NCBI RefSeq assembly: GCF_902459465.1
Contig: NC_047070.1
Span: 10,602,001 to 10,666,000, forward strand
Direction of reading: 5' to 3'
DNA length: 64,000 bases
Origin: Asterias rubens
Taxonomy: Eukaryota
This document shows, piece after piece, positions 58,301 through 64,000 of the stretch. Below the pieces are notes generated by a model. That model was not told the origin of the DNA, made no database searches, and saw nothing but the letters and a program-made list of their open reading frames with translations. Made by a program: the position numbers and the translations under genes. How positions within the stretch are numbered: position 1 is the first letter of the stretch; every line of letters begins with the position of its first letter.

Positions 58301-59138
58301 TCTAGATACATGCAAGCCTTCGTTGAGAATCAAAGGTTGAAATGAATTCTGCATGTCAGGCCTGGCGTCCATTGCCCAAGGTCTTGACCTTGTTCCCCCC
58401 CCTCAAAAGTTTCCCATTGACTTTAAGATTTTCCAATGGAAGTGCCTTTTGCAAAATTAAAATGTTCTTGCCCTTTCATAGATAAAATTCCAGGCCTGGC
58501 ATGTGTGTGTACAATTTACCCCCATCTTAATGCGCAGCATGTGACACTCTTGTGTCAATACGCTATGTGTGTGTTCAGTCCATTGGAGCACTTTACTTGA
58601 AGTTTGAACTGACATGGACAATTTTAGCTGATGACACAACTCAAAATCAAAATCACGAGCTACCTTTAAAGGTTGTGCTTTGGGGAACTATTTAGAGTTG
58701 TACATGTATTTCTGCAAGAGTCAAGAAAAAAGAAAAGAAAAAAAAAATAGCTTCAAATCTGATATCCTTGCATCTCTGTTCCTCATAAACAAATAGCTTG
58801 TGCTATTTTATCAGGTTGACAGATTTTTGAAGTGGTTTTGATAAGCACTTGTGCACGTCAGAAATTCTATGTAGGACAACCCAAAGGACCTATTAGTAAC
58901 AAGAGTGCAGCGTGAAATTTGAGATCGGGCATTAGGAGAGAAACTGTAACGTATTATCGTTAGTGTATTAAGTGCCAGAAGTTGACATTGTTCTGAATTT
59001 TCTTTGCTGTTTTTCTTGTAGGGTGGTATAGCTTTTGTTACGATTAAAGGAGCACTCAAGGTGTTCTACAAGCAGCATCAGTACCTGAGACAGGCTCACC
59101 GTACCATTAAAGATTTCCCCGAGGAGAACGGGCAGTGA
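49227..59138 (+). CDS. MARCHF5: E3 ubiquitin ligase MARCH5/MITOL; 4 coding exons, 293 aa
   Basis: Spliced CDS 49227-49300, 51978-52183, 53111-53595, 59022-59138 is in frame (882 nt). It contains a RING-CH domain and TM segments highly similar to human MARCH5. Confidence 0.95.
50425..50520 (-). mobile_element. tRNA-derived SINE fragment
   Basis: GGGCTAGATAGCTCAGTTGGTAGAGCAC...GGTTCAAAC on the minus strand; a related fragment lies near 59580-59640. Confidence 0.68.
51185..51551 (+). mobile_element. Kolobok-type MITE family D
   Basis: TTAA-AGCCATTGGACCCTTTCGGT...ACCGAAAGGGTCCAATGGCT-TTAA. Confidence 0.87.
51610..51960. repeat. Degenerate tandem array of about 20-22 bp (CCCTATTTCATTCTGTGCCCAA-like)
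   Basis: Recurrent TTCATTCTG / CCCAAC motifs just upstream of the RING exon. Confidence 0.6.
51978..52183 (+). CDS. MARCHF5: MARCH5 RING-CH exon (KTCWVCFATEDDDRTARWTQPCRCRGTTKWVHQMCLQRWIDEKQRGN...CPQC)
   Basis: Translated by eye. C4HC3 RING-CH pattern; acceptor tcaacag|G, donor G|gttggt. Confidence 0.96.
52601..52950 (+). mobile_element. Kolobok-type MITE family D, diverged
   Basis: Family body with TTAA on both flanks. Confidence 0.8.
53111..53595 (+). CDS. MARCHF5: MARCH5 transmembrane-region exon
   Basis: VTYGAVTVMQVLGHKEGLDVMERADPLFLLIGLPTIPVMLIL is near-identical to human. Acceptor tttctcacag|GT, donor TTG|gtgagt. Confidence 0.97.
53722..54364. repeat. Tandem repeat, about 163-bp unit x 4
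   Basis: Units start at 53722, 53883, 54046 and 54209 and are nearly identical. Confidence 0.93.
54684..56606 (+). mobile_element. Family A MITE split by a nested 1.5-kb element
   Basis: TTAA-AGGCAGTGGAC at 54684; the rest of the element resumes at 56231 and ends CCACTGCCT-TTAA at 56606. Confidence 0.85.
54695..56230. mobile_element. Non-autonomous hAT-like DNA transposon, 1536 bp
   Basis: TIR TAACGTCCGTCGAT / ATCGACGGACGTTA; perfect 8-bp TSD CAGTGGAC (54687-54694, 56231-56238); CGAT/ATCG-rich subterminal repeats; no transposase ORF. The superfamily is inferred from TSD length. Confidence 0.85.
56745..57121 (-). mobile_element. Family A MITE, reverse orientation
   Basis: Reverse-complement match to the 56231-56606 copy. 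Confidence 0.85.
57126..57502. mobile_element. TTAA-type MITE (family C)
   Basis: TIR AGGAACATTACAGAATTGG / CCAATTCTGTAACGTTCCT-TTAA; abuts the preceding MITE. Confidence 0.78.
57907..58270 (+). mobile_element. Kolobok-type MITE family D
   Basis: TIRs and TTAA TSD intact. Confidence 0.87.
58357..58498 (+). mobile_element. Short CAGGCCTG-ended repeat; other copies at 25724-25877 and about 59840-59981
   Basis: CAGGCCTG termini and a shared body (TTTGCAAAATGAAAATGGCCTTGCCCTTT). Confidence 0.65.
59022..59138 (+). CDS. MARCHF5: MARCH5 last coding exon (GGIAFVTIKGALKVFYKQHQYLRQAHRTIKDFPEENGQ*)
   Basis: Acceptor tttttcttgtag|GGT; matches the human C-terminus; TGA at 59136-59138. Confidence 0.96.
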   Translation, partial: GGIAFVTIKGALKVFYKQHQYLRQAHRTIKDFPEENGQ

Positions 59139-60099
59139 GTATCGGACGGAAAGTCGCTTTTGCAATTCGGTGGAAATCTTAAGATATTTTAGGTTATCTT
59201 TTGACTGTGGCAAGCAGGCATTGATTCTTCACAATGACTGCCTTTTTTTGTATCCCTGCTTAATCAATTTAAGTCATTCTTTGGGTGTTTACTTTAAGTC
59301 AAAATTAGGTAATTAGGGTGGATACAATTACGCATTTTAAACTTTAAGGTTGAGCATCGTTCACACTACTATAGAAATTGTAAAATTGCATTATCTTTTG
59401 ATTTGATATTTAGGGACTAGACCTCTGAATATGATTAAAGGAGTATTAACTTCATTCCTGGTTATCTCTCCATAGGGTTCTTGTCTAGTAAAGTGATAAA
59501 GCCCACTTTTTTGGAAGTCATTGGCTTCACAACCAGAAAAACTGAAATGGAATGAAATGAAAAAATCCCACCAAAACATCTCGGCGCTCTACCAACAGAG
59601 CTACATGTTGTGTATCTAGCCATATGTTGGCAGTCTCCCCTTGTTCAACCCCAAATTATTTGAAATAACTCCAGTCAGTTTCCCATGTGGTTTTATTACT
59701 TGACTTAGTATTTAATCGAAATACGAAAATAACTAATGCCAAAAACATTGGAAGCGTTCATGGGAATGTTTTGAAAATGACCGCTTCATGATGGTATAGT
59801 TGTATTCTGATCACTGGCCTTGAATCACACGCAGGCCATTGAGACCATGGTCTTTGTTGCCCCTGGTCTTGGCCTTGGTGCCCCTTCAATAGTTTCCCAT
59901 TGACCTCAAGATTTTCTAATGGATGTGCCCATTGCAAAATGAAAATGGCCTTGCCCTTTCAAAGATGAAATTCCAGGCCTGTATCGGGAAGTTCCAACTC
60001 ATTGGAAACAGATATGCGAAATGGGATTGTCTGAACGGTTTGTGCAACTTCTGGAAACAAAAGTCAATCAGAAAAACCTAATTTCTGATTGTGTGTTAA

Positions 60100-60487
60100 A
60101 GGCAGTGGATACTATTGGTAATTGTCAAAGGCTACTCTTCACAGTTGGTGTACATGTATCTCAACATAATTGCATAAAATAACAAACCTGTGAAAGTTTG
60201 AGCTCAATTGGTCGTCAAAGTTGGGAGATAATAATGAAAAAAAAAAAAACCCTTGTCACACGAAGTTGTGTGCTTTCAGATGCTTGATTTCGAGACCTCA
60301 AGTTCTAAATCTTAGGTCTCGAAAATCAATTTCGTGAAAAAATACTTCTTCCTCAAAAACTACGTCACTTCAGAGAGAGCCGTTTTTCACATTGTTTTAT
60401 ACCATCAACCTCTCCCCATTACTCGTCACCAAGAAAGGTTTTATGCTAATAATTATTTTGAGTATTTACCATTAGTGTCCACTGCCT
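60100..60487 (-). mobile_element. Family A MITE, reverse orientation
   Basis: TIRs and TTAA TSD. Confidence 0.85.
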
Positions 60488-61164
60488 TTAAATGGAACTG
60501 TGGAAGTAACCTTCAGAGAAGAAACAGAAAAAAGCTCTAATATTAATTAAGAGAATTGCATCCTTTTTTTTTTAAATTAATGTACATTTATACATAATAA
60601 ATTAATGATGTAATTTTTTGGCATGTTATCTTTTCTCATTACTAAAACCATGCTGGCTTACAACATTTTCTAAAATGTACAGTTTCAAATAATGTGACTT
60701 CTCAGTTTGTCAAATGTTTGCAATTGTAGATGAGCTTAAGACTTATGAATATGAGACTTCTTGAGATATAGGGGTCATTACAAGAAGAGTTTTATAAGAC
60801 TTCTTGAGATAAAACTCATCTAAGGACGTCATCTTGTACTGTAAACAAATTGGGAAAAAATATTCTAAGGAAAAAAAAAACATTGAGAGTGAAACGATTG
60901 ACGAAAATTTATTTTATGTATTATTTTGATTTGTGACCTGTTTCTTCTAGGCAAACTATTTTTGTGGTAGAATTATTTTTCTAACCCAATGATATGAATT
61001 TATTGTTTTCTTATTTTTTGTATGCTTGTTTTTGTTTGCTGTTGTAAGATCGTAGTCCTATAAGGACTGCCTCCTTATTATTATTTGTGTTTATGTGTAT
61101 AAAATGCGTGCTCTGTTATTTTTTTTTTTCTTCTTTCTATTTTTCAATTTATATTAAAAACCAG

Positions 61165-62870
61165 CATGCTTGAGCTTGCACAGAGAAAGCTGGCTAGCCT
61201 GCTGCTTGAACTTGCACATAGATTGCTGGCTAGCAAGCTTCAGCTCGCACAGAGAAAGCCAGTTAGCAAGCTTGAGCTTGCACACAGAAAACCAGTTAGC
61301 AAGCTTGAGCTTGCACAGAGAAAACCAGTTACATGTAGCAAGGTGGAGCCACAAAGAATGCTAGTTAGCAAGCTTGAGCTTGCACAGAGATAGCTGGCTA
61401 GCGCTCTTGAACTTGCAAAGAGATAGCTGGAGCTTGCATACAGATAGCCCATAGCGTGCTTGAGCTTGCACAGAGATAGTGGGCTAGCAAGCTTGAGCTT
61501 GCACAGAGATAGCTGGCTAGCAAGCTTGAGCTTGCACAGAGATAGCGGGCTAGCAAGCTTGAGCTTGCACAGAGATAGCTGGCTAGCAAGCTTGAGCTTG
61601 CACAGAGATAGCTGGCTAGCAAGCTTGGAGCATGCACAGAGAAAGCTGGCTAGCATGCTGGAGCTTGCACAGAGAAAGCTGGCTAGCCTGCTTGAGCTTG
61701 CACAGAGAAAGCTGGTTAGCAAGCTTGAGCTTGCACAGAGAAAGCTGGTTAGCAAGCTTGAGCTTGCACAGAGAAAGCTGGTTAGCGTGCTTGAGCTTGC
61801 ACAGAGAAAGCCAGTTAGCAAGCTTGAGCTTGCACAGAGAAAGCTGGTTAGTGTGCTTGAGCTTGCACAGAGAAAGCTGGCTAGCATGCTGGAGCTTGCA
61901 CAGAGAAAGCTGGCTAGCATGCTGGAGCTTGCACAGAGAAAGCTGGCTAGCCTGCTTGAGCTTGCACAGAGAAAGCTGGTTAGCATGCTGGAGCTTGCAC
62001 AGAGAAAGCTGGCTAGCCTGCTTGAGCTTGCACAGAGAAAGCTGGTTAGCAAGCTTGAGCTTGCACAGAGAAAGCTGGTTTGCAAGCTTGAGCTTGCACA
62101 GAGAAAGCTGGTTAGCGTGCTTGAGCTTGCACAGAGAAAGCCAGTTAGCAAGCTTGAGCTTGCACAGAGAAAGCTGGTTAGTGTGCTTGAGCTTGCACAG
62201 AGAAAGCTGGCTAGCATGCTGGAGCTTGCACAGAGAAAGCTGGCTAGCATGCTGGAGCTTGCACAGAGAAAGCTGGCTAGCCTGCTTGAGCTTGCACAGA
62301 GAAAGCTGGTTAGCATGCTGGTGCTTGCACAGAGAAAGCTGGCTAGCCTGTTTAAGCATGCACAGAGATTGCTGACTAGCAAGCTTCAGCCTGCAGAGAG
62401 ATAGCTGGCTTGCAAGCTTGAGCTTGTGCAGGGAAAGCCAGTTAGCAAGCTTGAGCTTGCACAGAAAATGCCAGTTAGCAAGCTGGAGCTTGCACAAAGA
62501 ATGCTGGTTAGCAAGCTTGAGCTTGCACAGAGATAGCTGGTTAGCAAGCTTGATGTAGCACAGAGATAGCTGGCTAGCATGCTTGGGCTTGCACAGAGAA
62601 AGGTAGTTAGCTAGCTTGAGCTTGCACAGAGAAAGTTGGTTAGCAAGCTTGAGCTTGCACAGAGAAAGCTGGTTAGCGTGCTTGAGCTTGCACAGAGAAA
62701 GCTGGCTAGCATGCTGGAGCTTGCACAGAGAAAGCTGGTTAGCGTGCTTGAGCTTGCACAGAGAAAGCTGGTTAGCGTGCTTGAGCTTGCACAGAGAAAG
62801 CTGGTTAGCAAGCTTGAGCTTGCACATAGATAGCTGGCTAGCAAGCTTGAGCTTGCACATAGATAGTGGC
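61165..62870. repeat. 33-bp minisatellite, about 51 units (AGCAAGCTTGAGCTTGCACAGAGAAAGCTGGTT), with a 330-bp higher-order duplication
   Basis: Visible periodicity; the translated variant order repeats as a block of 10 units. Confidence 0.95.
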
Positions 62871-63153
62871 TAGTGCATGAGTACAAATCCTTTATATTGG
62901 TGAAAATGTCTTGTGTATTCCCATTCAAGTATCAACTTAAATTGAGGCTGAAATGGGAACAACTGTCTGACCCCTTTTGATACGTGTAGAATCAGTATTA
63001 ATTATTTCTTGTGTACACATGGAACAAATCGTTGGGTTAAGCCTGGTAAACATATGGTTTAGGTATAATTTATGTATAATTCAGAATTCCATAAAGCTGT
63101 GGTGTGCCTCTAATATTTGGCTTGCATGGCCTAAAACATGCATTGCATGATAA

Positions 63154-63513
63154 AGGGAAGGTACACGTTTGGTAATTACTCAAAACAAATATTAACTTAG
63201 AAACTGACTTGGTAACGAACATTGGAGAGCTGTTGATAGTATAAAACATTGTGGGAAACGACTCCCTCTGAAGTAGCGTAGTTTTTGAGGTAATTTTTCA
63301 CTAAAATATTAAAAGACTTCTAGCTAGAAGCCTTTTTTCCTATCTGAAAGCACATAAATTCGTCCAAAAGGGTGTTTTTTCTTTCATCACTTTACCGCAA
63401 TTTCGATGACCGATTGAGCCCAAATTTTCACAGGCTTGTTATTTTATGCTTATGATGGGATACACCAAGTGAGAACACTGGTCTTTGACAATTACCAAAC
63501 GTGTACAGTACCT
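63154..63513 (+). mobile_element. Family A variant MITE (same subfamily as 2661-2999)
   Basis: AGGGAAGGTACACGTTTGGTAATT...AATTACCAAACGTGTAC. Confidence 0.8.
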
Positions 63514-63939
63514 TGAATTAGACTCCTAAAATGGTGCGAGATTTATTGTGTGATATCAGGTGAATTAGGTTGGTACAATTTATTACACGATTAATATTCA
63601 TGAAAACAAGTTAACTTTAATTAGTCAAGATTTGCTCTGCAATAGATATTTATCAGTGTTTTTCATGTAAAGTTATTTATGATTGAAATTATTAAATTTC
63701 TTTGAAAATTGTTTGGGGTTTAAAATGCTGTTCGAGTATCTTCAGTTTTAACGGACATTGGCATCTTCATATTATGTTATCTTTAAGGACCATTATGTGG
63801 CTTGCACCATGAGTCTCGGCAGCATTTGATGAAATCAAATAAAACTTCCATGCAGGAAGAATAATCCATATTAAAGTGGAATACAATCTTAAAAGCATAT
63901 CCGACATTAATGTTTATGCATGAAAAAACGGCAGTAATA

Positions 63940-64000
63940 AGGGAATCAATGTGTGGTGAAGAGGTTTTCAACTAGTGGTTTAATCCCATCGAGGCCTGGT
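63940..64000 (+). mobile_element. Family F repeat, copy 3 (cut by the window end)
   Basis: AGGGAATCAATGTGTGGTGAAGAGGTTTTCAACTAGTGG matches copy 1. Confidence 0.8.

Noticed and set aside
61165-62870. CRISPR array or protein-coding gene in the 33-bp repeat
   Set aside because: No unique spacers and a eukaryotic context. The frames are open only because the unit lacks stops; the KLELAQR frame has TAG in the AGAGATAG variants and there is a 1-nt shift near 61628.

Overview
This is AT-rich animal genomic DNA, most likely from an echinoderm such as a sea star (inferred from the gene sequences and repeat families). It holds two host genes arranged head-to-head. On the minus strand is a CPEB2/3/4-type (Orb2-like) RNA-binding protein gene with a Q-rich N-terminus, two RRMs and a ZZ domain (coding exons 39003 to 2255). 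On the plus strand is the mitochondrial E3 ligase MARCH5/MITOL (coding exons 49227 to 59138). Human CPEB3 and MARCHF5 have the same divergent arrangement. The most striking feature is a young, near-intact 5.2-kb tyrosine-recombinase retrotransposon (DIRS order, PAT-like, 13382-18549) inserted antisense in a CPEB intron. Its split direct repeats run A1-gag exon 1-[intron containing B1+A2]-gag exon 2/pol-YR-B2, so the internal B-A junction thought to be needed to rebuild the ends lies inside a spliceosomal intron of gag. The rest of the window is introns and intergenic DNA rich in TTAA-flanked (Kolobok-type) MITEs, nested hAT-like and hairpin elements, tRNA-derived SINE fragments, a 163-bp tandem repeat and a 33-bp palindromic minisatellite. 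All calls were made by eye; no database search was run.
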